Origin: Cyanophora paradoxa CCMP329
Lineage: Eukaryota; Plantae; Glaucophyta
Direction: 5' to 3'
DNA: 64,000 nt
NCBI GenBank assembly: GCA_004431415.1
Contig: QPMI01000026.1
Location: 82,064-146,063, forward strand
The translations under genes and the position numbers were made by a program. The stretch's first letter is position 1, and every line of letters starts with the position of its first letter. Shown in pieces: positions 10,381 to 21,485 of this stretch. Below the pieces are notes generated by a model that worked only from the letters and a program-made list of their open reading frames with translations, searched no databases and was not told where the DNA came from.

Positions 10381-12790
10381 ATGGCGAGGGACAAGATATG
10401 CATCTGGTGCGGTTCCCCGGACTGGAGCGGACACGTCGAATACTGCAAAGGTCTGCACACAGAGAACATTGCTTCAGATTCTCATCGTTCAAATCCAATT
10501 CCTCCTCATCATCGTCCGTAGCACGATTGCAAGCGGGAAGATCGCTGAGCCTGGCGAGCACCTCAGCGGCAGCTGCTGCGCAATCCGCCCCAACGTATGC
10601 GCAAGTAGCAGCGCCAGCGTCACGCACTCCAAGCTCCGACTCGAGCTCCAGTAGGAGCGGTGACCGGGAGAAGGCTTCGATCGGGGACGCAATCGTAGCA
10701 GCCGGCAAGCACTTCTTGCACGCAGTCGGCTCGGCAATCGGAGGTTCGAGCTCGAGCAAGCAGAAGGGCCGGGCAGAGGGCGCGATGGCGGACGTGCCAC
10801 TGGCTCCGCGCTGTTATGACTTCGCCAACTCGCGCCTCACCTTCCGCACCTTCACCATCACCTACAGGGACGAGGACGACCGGCGCGAGCCCGTCGCCGT
10901 CTCTGTGCGCGGCACCTTTGGCCACGAGGCCACGGTGAGCGCGCAGGGAATGTCCTCCGCCCCCCATTGTCTGACGGTCGCGCAGTGGTCGCAGGACATC
11001 GAACTCGCGGCCGTGCCGAGCGAGCAGGGCGTGCTTTGGCAGCTGCGGATAGATCTCCCGCCGCGCCGCGTTGAATTCCGATTCCGCGTCACTTACGAGC
11101 GCGGCCGTGAGCCGGAGTGGCGCACCTCGGTGCGCGTTGAGGCTTGGGCGAGGCTGTGGGCCACCGGTGACGCCAACGCGCAGGCGGCGCACCCCTGCGA
11201 GGGGCAGCACCGGAACAACTTTCTCTCCGCCGGGTACTCCTCCAAACAGAGGAGGCCAATTCCCAGTGCGTTGCGACCTGACCCCCCTTACCCGACCTGA
11301 CCCTACCTGACCTCGCAACCGCCCCCCCCCCCCCCCCCCCCCCCCCCCTCCTCCCGCGCACACCCCGCAGCCTCCATCGGAAAGGCCAACGACGCGGTCG
11401 ACGCGACGTGGAGCATCGTCGCTTGCATGTTCGCCGCCTCGCGGCTGCATGGCGGCGAGCGCGCCTCCTCGCTCCACGAGCTGGCCGGCGCCCTAAGCGC
11501 GGTGCGCCTTTCATATCAACTCGGGAGACGCTCGCGCCGATGGATATGCGGTGCCGCAGGCGATACGGGAGGCGGAGAGGGCGGGGCAGGACAGGAGGGT
11601 CGAGAGCGCCGTCAACGCCCTCCTTGCTGCGGAGGCGGAGCCGGCCGAGTTCCTGCGCGCCGTCCCGCCCCTCGCCAGCCTCACCGCTGGCGAGTCCGCC
11701 GTCGACATCCTCGAGCGCTCGGTGCGCCAACTCCTGCGAGACCGCCGCTTGCAACCCCGCTTATGTGTCCCCGCAGCTGTGCCCGCTGGGGCTGGACAAC
11801 CTCGCTGCGGCACTTGGCGGTGCAGCGGCCGGCCCTCTGCGGACGCTGCTCGTCGGCTTCGCGCTGCACCACGTGCTCGTTGTCTGGGGCGGCCCCGTGC
11901 CGGCGGGGCGGTTGGTGCTCTTGGACCCGGTGCCCCGCGGCGACGAGATCGGCCCGTCGGGCGAGCGGGAGGAGTCGCGCCGCGCCGCCGCCCTCGAGTT
12001 CGACGGCACCCAGGCAGTGCGGGCGTACCTCAGCCGTGAACTCTTCGGCGGGCGTGCCGAGCAGCAGGACGCACAGGACGACCGCAACTCTCTTGCGCGC
12101 TTCTGCGAGCTACGCCCCAAGGCCCCGGCTTCCACCCCCTCCGGCTCGCCAGCGGTCGGCGGGGCGTTGCTGGACGGGGGTGGGGACGCGATGGAAGTTG
12201 TGCGCCACCGGCTCGACGCGGAGCAGCGGATCGCCCAGGAGCGGCGGCGCCAGGAGGAGGATGAGCGGCGGATGGCACTGGAGCGGGACGAGGCGGCCCG
12301 GCAGCTGGCGGCACGGGAGGCGCAGCGGCGGGCGGAGCAGGAGGAGGCGGCGCGGCAGCAGGCGGCCCGCGAGGCGCAGCGGCGCGCCGACGCGGAGGCG
12401 GCCGAGCGGGAGGAGGCGCAGCGGCTCGCGGAGGAGGCGCGCAGGCGGGCAGAGGAGGAGGCGGAGCTCGAGGCCCTCCGGGAGCTGCAGCAGCAGCAGG
12501 AGCGGCTGGAGGCTGAGGTCGCGCAACTGCGGCGCGAGTACGAGGAGCGCAAGGCGCACAACGATCAGCAGCAGGGGGAGCTCGAGAGCGCGCGGCTGGC
12601 CCTCCGCACCCAGAAGACGTGAGCTTAGAACCCGGTCACCACCTTATCGGCTTCTAGTACTGATACCGTGCTGCTCAGGTGTTCGACAGAACTTCACAGC
12701 CAGAAGCGCGGGGCAGTGTACGCCACTCAGCAAATCCTGGACAGGCTACACGACCGGCTGCAGGGGGCCCTCGCTCTAGATCTTGGTTAA
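10381..12790 (+). CDS. Zn-knuckle + CBM48-like + catalytically degenerate VTD-like domain + coiled coil
   Basis: N-terminal CIWC..HVEYC. CBM-like AVSVRGTF..WSQDIEL..WQLRIDLPPRRVEFRFRV..EW..NNFL. DUB-like LVLLDPV..AAALEFDGTQAVRAYL aligns to LLVFDSH..AAWLLFPSPEALAAYL. E/R/Q/A-rich tail. Confidence 0.6.
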
Positions 12791-13215
12791 TCATTGAACA
12801 ATAAACATCCTCAGCGCTCTCGGTGCCCCTACGCCCCTTGGCCTAGCTATAGACCCCTACTCGTCCCCCTAAGCACGTGCATACGTATACGTATACGTAC
12901 CCCCCGGAGGACATACGTACGCTTGTACCCCTCGACGTCGACGTCGACTTGTGGGGTGCTTGCAATTGCGCCGTGGAGTGTCCTCCTCTGCGTACGGCTT
13001 CCATGGCCAGGCTGAAGATCTAGAGGCCTGGGCGGAAGCCCGGGCCGGCCGCGGTGTTCTGAATTCGAACGAGGGGGTCGACGTCAAACCGGTACCCCCC
13101 GGTACCGGAGCACACACACGCGTACGCTAGCGCTTGCAATTGCACACACACGTGCACGCTAGACCTTTAGATCGATATCTGCAGCTTGGAACAGCCTGCG
13201 GAGCTCGAGACGCCC

Positions 13216-14918
13216 ATGGCGGCACGAGATGAACGCGATACGGGCGAGCGCCCGTCAAGCAGGAGCCACCGAGACGCCGAGGTGGACGACCTTGACGGAC
13301 CAGGCGAGTCATTCTGGGAAGGCGTGCCGCCACGGCGTCCGACTCGTGAGTGGACCGATCCGCCACTCGCATCAAGCTCGTCCAGCTCAGCGAATCCTGC
13401 TCGGAGTCGGGGTGTTCCGCGGCGCGAACAGTCCGACGAAGACGAGGGTCATGCGTACGAGGTCAACCGGCGCCTCGATGATCTGGAGCGCCGGCACAAG
13501 AAGCTGGAGCGCCAGATGAAGGCGGAGCTACTTCACATCTCGCAAGAGTTGCAACAGGAACGCGAGGCAAGGGAGCAGGCGGAGGAGAGGGCGCGGTCGC
13601 AGGCCCGCGACTTCGAGAACCAGCTGCGGCGCCTGACTGACCAGCGCCGCCGCTTCCTGGAGGATGTCCGCGGCGACCTGCAGGTGTGCGCGTCCTAGCT
13701 GTAGGGCCTGCAACGCCGCATCCGTCTCTTGACTTTCGCACGGAATAGCGCAGGCTGCAGGAATCCGAAGAGCGCGCAGAGCTGCTCCAACAGCAGATAG
13801 ACCGAATGAACGTGCAGGGGACGGCGCAGCCGCCGCATGCGCAGTTGCAAGCGCGCTTCCCGGCAAACATCCAGGTTCGGGCCAGGCTCCGCCGCTGCGC
13901 CGCGACTTCTGACTTGTCGATCAGACGAACGAGCCGTACGCGCCTCTGGGGGCCGGACTGGTCGCCGCTCCGAACCTCGGGCCAGGGCCTTTTGCGGTTG
14001 CAGCGCCAGCGGCCGCGGCTGCACTCGTTCAGAACCCAGCGACGGCGGCACCGCCCGTCCCCCCGGCCCGTCAACCTGCGCCGGCGCCCGCCCAGGCGCC
14101 GGCTCCCCAGCCGCGTGTCCAGCAGCGGACCATCGGCAGCGGCGATATTCGCTGCCTGATCGATGACTGCCCGCATCGTACGTCTAGGAAATCTGTCTGA
14201 CTCGTTCGCTGGCGGCTATCTGACCAGTTATCAGGTTTTGAGGACGAGGAAATGCGCAACCACCACATCGCGTTCAACCACGACGACGGCGGCTGTACGT
14301 GCGAGACCTGCAGCGGCGGCGCCCCCGCCCCCGCCGCGAACCGGGCCCCCGCCCCCGCCCCTCGGCCGGCCCCGGCCGCGGCTCCGGCGCCTGCAGTCGC
14401 TGGGCCGTCCCGTGCGGGAAACCAGCAGGCGCCTGGGCCGGCTGCTGCGGCGCCGGCTGCTGCGGCGCCGGCTGTGGCCAACGAGCCGATGCAGCTCTTC
14501 TTCCGCTGCGCCGGCGGCGGCGACAACCCGCGGCTGCCGGTGGCGTGCACGCGAAACGAGCGACTGGTCGACGTCCTCGAGCGCGCCCGCGCCGCCCTCA
14601 ACGCCGAAGAGCTCACCTCGGTGCGCTGTGCGGGCTCAGAGCTTGGCGCGCTCCGCTGACCGCGCCCGTCGACCCCGCGTGCAGCAAAACATCCGCCTGG
14701 TCTTCGTTGTGAGCGGGCCGAACAAGGTCGCGCAGCCGCCCATCGCGCAGCGGATGCAGCAGAGCCCGCTGGCGACCCTGGGCGAGTGCGGGGTCCCCAG
14801 CGGCGCTGAAATCTACGTGTCTGTCAAGGTGCCAGCTTCCCCGCCTCGCGCGCCCGCTTCCTTCGCTCGCGCACTCACTTTCGCTCAGATAATCGGACAA
14901 GCGGTCGCCAAGGATTAG
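13216..14918 (+). CDS. Coiled-coil + C2H2 zinc finger + C-terminal ubiquitin-like domain protein
   Basis: Coiled coil (RLDDLERRHKKLERQMKAEL..). Spliced CLIDDCPHR/FEDEEMRNHHIAFNH. UBL-like MQLFFR..ERLVDVLERAR../QNIRLVF..ATLGECGVPSGAEIYVSVK. Confidence 0.6.
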
Positions 14919-15583
14919 AATTGATTCGGATTAATTTATAACTTCGATTAACTTACTGGGGGGGAGGGGGGAGGGGGATCGGGGGAGGGGATCCCGGAGG
15001 GGGGGGGGGGGGGGGGAAGGGGGGCGGGGAGTGGGAGGGCGGGGGGGGGGGAGGAGGGGGGGGGTGGCCGGGGGGGATGGGGGGGATATATATGAAGGGG
15101 GAGGGGGATTCTTATCCATCTACCCACGGGCCCCTTCTTCTTTAGCACGGCCCTCCGGGCCTGTACCCCCTGCATATATACGTAGCCAGTCCTGCGACCA
15201 TCTTGCCATGCTTAGCATAGCCTATAACTATAGCTACAGCTATAGCTTGCGCTAGCACTCAGCCGTTTGAACTGTACTCATATGCATGCAAGCCAGGGCC
15301 TCTGGACCAGCTGCCAGGCTGCAGGAAATAGATGGAATGGATCTACTGACTGCAGCTGGCTCAGCCTGGCTGCATATCCTTAGTAATGTCTGTGATGACG
15401 GTTTACGTTCGAGACTTGCAAAGCCGGCCGCGTCGGCGGCATGGCTGCCGCCCGTCGCGTACGTCCCGGCGTGGGAAAGTTTGGTGTAGGGGGATTGATG
15501 TGAGAGAAGCCGGGGGAGGTGGGGGCTGGGGCGAGGGAAGGGGCCGCCGGGACGGCCATGCTGATGGCTTCGCCGTCCCCCCG

Positions 15584-18511
15584 CTACTGCATGAGTTCGG
15601 CCTCGACGAACATAGGGTGGGTGGGCGTAAAGTGGTGGCTGTGGTGCTGGCACGCCGCGCTCTGTACCCCCCTGGAAGCCCGGCACTCCTCCGAGTGCTC
15701 CGGCAGGAACGTCCTCTGGCGGCGGTGTCGAAGATTGCACAAAAAAGAATCAGTCACGAAAAAGAAGACGAACCCGGCAGTCCGCGTAGTAACAGAATTC
15801 CTGCCCACACTGACCCGCAGGAAAGTCAAGACGCTGCGAGTAATGTACAAATGATAGCTAAAGATGCGGACCCGGCAGCGCATGTGGCGGCAGCCGCGAG
15901 CCAGCTGCACGTACGCGGTGCAGCGAGGGCAGCGGGGCCAGCCCTTCTGCCGAGCCAGTTCTGTCATCGCTCTGTCCTCGGGACTCCGCTCGTCCTCCGG
16001 AAGGGCCTGGTACTGCAAGCGGATCCGAAGAAAAGAAATAGTCAGCCAGGACGTATAAAGTCGCTGGAACAATAGCGAAAAATAGCTACCTGCTCGCAGG
16101 TGATTTCCTGGTGCCAGGGCGCGCGGCAGACAGCGCAGTAGCGCTTCCGGCAGCCGAAACATTCGACGTTCTCGCCTGCCGTCGGATCCCACTCGCAAAT
16201 CATGTCGCACGATGGATAGGGGCAGTCGCTTCGTCGCTCTACGAAATTTCCCCGCGATTTGACGCAAGGTCAGCGGACAGTAGCTTGTCAAACTTTGAAG
16301 GCTCGCACCAGGGGGAATGTGAGTGAGGGTCAGGTTGCGCATGAAGATCTGGAGGTCCTTGTCCCGAAGCCCGACCAGCATCGCGAGGTTCTCGCCCAGC
16401 TCCCCCTCGAAGAGCGTCGGGCACCTCGAGCCTCCGGGGCACCTGATGGGGTACAGCGTCGGGTCCTTGAACCGCGAGTCGATGTAGCCCCGCAGGCAGT
16501 TGCGGCAGGTGTAGTGCTCGCAAGTCCCCGCCGTGCCGAGGCAGTCCATCTGAGGTGTCGGCGCGGCTTCAGCGCTCGAGCTAGAAGAGGTTTGAGAAGC
16601 TTAGGGGCGTCGACGCACGGAAACCTTGATGCGCTCGCCGAGGCAGACGCAGCACTGCGCGAGGCTTTCGTCGAGCTCCTGCTGCACGGCGTGCAGACGA
16701 GCCTGGTCGTGATGAATGGACCGGAGGGGAGGAGGGGGGGAGGAGAGGGGGGGGGGGGGGGTGTCAGCTGCGATCTCGGTCCAGCTTTGGGATTTCGGCG
16801 GATTCAAACCTCGAGCGCGTCGATGCGGTCCTGCGCCTGCTCCGTGGCGCCTTCGACGCCGCGGATGCGGCCAACGTCCCTGAACACGCGTTCTGCGCGG
16901 TGAAGTGGTGGGGATGAGGTGGTGGGGGAAAGGAGGGGTAGAAACAAAGATCTAGAGCGAGCTGACCGATGCGGTTGAGGAGTTCCGCTTCGGCGTGCTC
17001 CCACAACGACCCGTCGCGATCGTCGCCGGCTTCGCGGTACACCTGCTCCGCAGGAGATGTCAAACACGCGAAGAAATGAATGTCAGAGGATCGAACCCGC
17101 TGCCATTCCGACTCGACGTCGGCTGTGGCGTCCTCGATCCGATTGATGAGCTCGTCCACCTCAAGATTTTACACGAGTCAGCCGGTATACATCCGGAGAC
17201 AGATCTAGATTCATAGAGGGGAGAATACCCGTGCGGCGGCCTCCGCGGCGGCGTGAGCAGCCTCGCTGGCCTCTGCCTGCAGGTTGAGCAGCTCTGCAGA
17301 GGGGCCGCCGTTGTGAGAGGGGGTAGCTAGGAGGCGGGGGCCGGGGCCGGGGGACGTGCCTTGGGTTGCTGCGCGGGCGCGGGCCTCGGCATCCTGCGCG
17401 CGCCGTCGGAAGGCCTCTTCGGCGTGGCGCGCGGTCTGCTGAGCCCTCTGCACGGCCAGGTCAGCTTGCCGCTCCCGGTGAGCTGCAAGCCGCTTTGCTT
17501 CATCTTCGCTTCTCTTTAGCCTCGCAATCTCCTCCCGCAGTTCGCGCTCCAGCCTCTCCGCGTTCCGAGCAGCCTGTGCGACGTCTTTTATACTGCGTTT
17601 CGATCGCAAGTGCAGGGCCACGCGTGCACCTTTTCGGAACGGTCCTCTTCTCTCTGAGCCCGATTTTTTTGACTGCTGAGACTTGCTTCCAAACGGTCGC
17701 AATCCTCTTCAAGCTGCGAAGGGAAAGCAAGCGCTTGCAGTCATGATCATATGCATGTGATCGATTATGCGATTATAGGGAGCGGTTGCAAACGAACTTT
17801 GGAAATCTTCTTGTCTTTCTGCACCAGCTGCGCCCTAAGACTCATCACCAGGTCTTCCTTGTCAGCGAGCGCCTGCCGCAGTGCGGACTGCTTCGATTCG
17901 GGTCAGATTCGACTACTCAGGATAGGGTGGAGACTGGGACTGACATCCCGCGTCCTTACGATCGCGACGTCACGCTTGAGCGCCTCCAGCTCACGCCCAG
18001 AAGCTATGACGGTGAAGAAGCTGTCATTCATTGTAATGAAACTTGCAAGTCTAATAGACTACGTACCTATGAGCCTGTCTTTCAGTTCTGCATGCGCGGA
18101 TCGTTGCACATCAGCGACACGCGCGCAGAATTGAACGTTCGCATGCAAACCTTGTGCGGCCGTCCGCCATTTGCGATAGGCAACGCGCATCTTGGCGCAG
18201 GATTCTAATCCGCATAGTTCTCCATCCACGACCGCTGCGCACGCATGATGATCGGACACGCGAGCGCTGCCTTTGAACAGCAGAAACTGCTCACAGTAGA
18301 AACTGTCGGAGCGTGAAGGGCCAGCGAGACGATCTCGGTCCGTGCTCTCGTCTAGATCTGCAGCTGCAGATGAAACGGGTCGCCCGGGCGGCGACTGGCC
18401 GCCCAGTCCTGCATCAATATCGATATCCTGCCCGCGCTGCGGTGTAGCAATAGTCTCCGGCACGCTCGCGGCCGCGCCCGGCTCGCGGTCCTCGTCTGGG
18501 GGATCCATCAT
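15584..18511 (-). CDS. RBR (RING1-IBR-RING2) E3 ubiquitin ligase with long N-terminal coiled coil
   Basis: RING1 CCVC..CEHYTCRNC..IRCPGGSRC; IBR CPYPSC..ECFGCRKRYCAVCRAPWHQEITC; RING2 CPRC..GCRHMRCRCGQEFCY. The 5' exons are less certain. Confidence 0.88.
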
Positions 18512-18625
18512 GCAACGCGTCCTAACCTGCGTGCCGCGAACTTCAGCCAGAGGATGCCAGAGGATGGATCGAGCTACCTTCGAATATGGCTCACCCGCGC
18601 CACGGTCAATGGCAAATGCCGGTCT

Positions 18626-18682
18626 CTCGAGTAACTGCCGCTCACTCGAGTAACTGCCGCTCCCTCCAGTAACTGCCGCTCA
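18626..18682. repeat. 3 x 19-bp tandem repeat (CTCGAGTAACTGCCGCTCA) in a divergent intergenic region
   Basis: Seen directly; each unit contains TAACTG (MYB-type core). Confidence 0.85.
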
Positions 18683-18829
18683 GCGGCTCGGCCAAATGAC
18701 GATCGCGGACCCGCCAGGCGTATCCGCATTCACTTGACCGCGCGGCTTAGGCGGCTTATGATCAGGGGCTACATGATTCGAATACCGACTCGTCACTTGG
18801 TCGACGTCCGCGGCAGCTGAGCTGAGCGC

Positions 18830-20900
18830 TTCCTTGAGGTTACGAGTTCCGGATCCCCAGCACAACTCGGAACCCGCGCGCACCGATCCACCAGTCAGGT
18901 CGGCCCTGCAGCAGCGGGCGGCGGTTCCTGCAGGCGATGCCTGTGGATGTCTCTTTGGGCTTCGACGCGGGAACTTTGCGGGAGTTCTTCTTCGCGAAGG
19001 CGCGCAGCGCTGGTTCTCCGAGTTTCGATGTGTCGCGCTCTGGGACGGCCGAGCTCCGCCTGCCGGGCGACCGCGCGATCAGCGCTACGGCGTTCATGCC
19101 TTCGATTGTGAGTTCAACCGCTTCACACGTCCCTAGTTGACACTTGCACACAGGACGTTCACATGCCTATGCACAAGGATGCCGACAGCGGGGAATGGAG
19201 GCTGCTCGTAGACGTGCCTGCTGTACAGCAGGAAGACTACAGCATGATCTTTGAGACTGAAGCTGACTGGCTGGTCTCGGTTCGCGGCCGGCGGACTGCG
19301 CTGTTCGCCCGCTCTCCGCATTCTCCTCACGACGCGCAGCCTTCCATGGACACGACGGCGGACGGAGCGATGAACGTCCTTCCTTTTGCAGAAGTGCATC
19401 CAGCGTACGGTGCGCCGCGGCGCCGTGCGGCGAAAGGGCGAGCCGCGCGCCGCGCGTCCGGCTGCCGCTGAGCGCCCGCGCCGCGCCGCAGTGGCGCGCG
19501 TGGTGGGGAGCAAGCACCAGGGCTCGAAGGGCGTCGGCGGGCGGAGCGCGTGCACGGCGATCGCGGCGCTGGCGGCGCTGCAGGTGATGCGGGGCGACGC
19601 GCCCTACTGGGACCCGGAGGCCGTCGACAGGGTCCGCCCCGCGCCCGCCGCCGCGCCGCCCGCCGCCGCGCCGCCCGACCGGCGGCGGCAGGTGCTGCGG
19701 GAGGGGACGCTGCTGTACGAGCACTACATGGCGAGGGCGGGCGGCGCGGCGCCGGCGGGCGTCGAGCACACCGAATTCGACGCCGTCGCCGGCGCCGCGC
19801 CCGACCTCCGCCCCTCCGCGTCGCCGCCCGCGCCGACGGCGCCCTCACGGTCCGCTCGCCGCCGCCGCCGCGCCGCCGCCCCGGCCGACGGGCGTGCAGC
19901 CGGACGGGCGGGCGTTCGAGGGGCCGGCGCGGGAGCTGTGGGAGGCGGGCCAGCGCCGGCCCGAGGGCCTCGCCGTCACGTGCGCGAGCCAGACCCTCGT
20001 CGCCCTCGCGCTGCCCGGGCCGCCCCGCCCCGAGCTCGCCCAAGCCGTCCGCGACGCGTACCGCGCCCACCCGCGCCGCTGGCGCCCCCCGCCCCTCGCC
20101 GCCCTCCCCTGCACGGTCCGCCCGCCCCCCCCGCCTCGCGCCGGGCCCCTCGCGACGGCGGCGGGGCAGCTGCTGGTGTTCGACTCGCACCGGCACACGG
20201 CGGAGCGGGGCGGGGCGCGGGACGCGGCGTGGCTCCTCTTCCCCTCCCCCGAGGCGCTGGCGGCCTACCTCGGCCTCGAGCGCTTCCCCTGCTTCCGCCC
20301 CACCGACCCCGCCGTCACCGAGTTCGAGCTCATGCTCACGCGCCAGGTCCGCCACCCCCGCCGCCCGCTGCAGCGAGCCCACCCGCCGCCGACGCCCTCG
20401 GCGCAGTTCGCCGCCTTCAGGTTCCACCTGGAGGAGATTGCGGCAGCACTGCCCTCGCCTCCTCCCGCCGAGCGGACGCCGTCGCGGCAGACGTCCGCAG
20501 AGCGCCAGGCACGGATCGCCTCGCTGCGCAAGCAAGTGCAAGACCTGGTCCGCCGCAGCTCTGCATCCGCGCGGAAACGGAGCCCTGACCCCGGAGCAGG
20601 AGGCGGAGCGGGGCGAGCTGGAGAGGGTCCGGGCAGAGGAGGAGCGGCGGGCGGCGCAACTCGCGCGGGACGCGGAGGACCTGAGGGGCGAGCAGCGTCG
20701 CGCGGAGAACGCGTGCGTCCCCGGACCGCCGGCCCGTGTACCCCGCAGGCCTGACCCCGGGGGCGCCCTCAGGCCCTGCCCGGAGTGCGAGGCGCTGGAC
20801 AAGAAGCTCGCGGGGTTTCAGGCGAGCATCGACGAGATCACCGCGAGCAGGCTGCGGGTCCCGGCTGGGCGCACGGTGCGCTGCGCCCTTTTCGTCGCGC
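18830..20900 (+). CDS. CBM48-like + VTD/C76-like deubiquitinase + coiled coil, copy B
   Basis: HQG at 19515-19523, SAC (Cys 19551-19553), FDSH at 20179-20190. Continues into a coiled coil (ERQARIASLRKQVQDL; EAERGELERVRAEEERR) and CPEC. Ends approximate. Confidence 0.7.
18927..20414 (+). repeat. Inverted duplication arm B (partner 8591-10078)
   Basis: Reverse-complement near-identity to 8591-10078. Confidence 0.95.
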
Positions 20901-21485
20901 TTCGTCAGCAACGTCCCCCCCCCCCCCCCCCCCCCCCTCTCGCCGACCGTCCTTACCCCGCCGCCCGTTCTCCCCCTCCGAACCCCCCGCCCTCCCCCCT
21001 CCCCTTCCCCCCCTGCCCTCCCCCCTCCCCCTCTCCCCCCTCCCCACCGCCCTTCTCGTAACCCCCACCATCCACTTAACTCCAGCCCCCTTTTCGCCCC
21101 AGCCCCCCAGCGCCCTCCTCGCCCGCCCCCTCCCCCCAAACCCTCTCCCGCACAGCCTCCCACTTACCCACGTTCTCCCACTTACATCGACCCCCTTCCC
21201 CTCTTTTCTTTCCGCTCCCCGACCCCCTCCCCTCTCCCGAACCCCTCCCAACAACCCGCCGGCCCACCAAATCTTACATAGCCACGCGCTCCCCCTCCCT
21301 CCCCCTCCTTCCAACCCCATCCCCCTTCTTCCGGCCCCGCCGCCCCCCCTCCCCCCCCACCCCCCCCGCCGGGCCCCTTCCCCCCCCCCCCCCCCTTTCA
21401 TTTTTCGCTCCCTCCTCCGCTCACGAAGTCTTGCAGGCGTCGTCATCGAGGGCCGATCATCGAGAGGTAACAAACTCGTTTCAGG

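Noticed and set aside
8591-20414. Inverted repeats as TIRs of a DNA transposon or Polinton
   Set aside because: The arms are intron-containing gene bodies, and no transposase, integrase or polB lies between them.
20915-21400. Poly-C/poly-G tracts (also about 11322, 14960-15090, 23630-23765, 37030, 45250-45650, 48385) as G-quadruplex elements
   Set aside because: Irregular homopolymer-rich stretches that interrupt genes; cannot be distinguished from low-quality long-read sequence.
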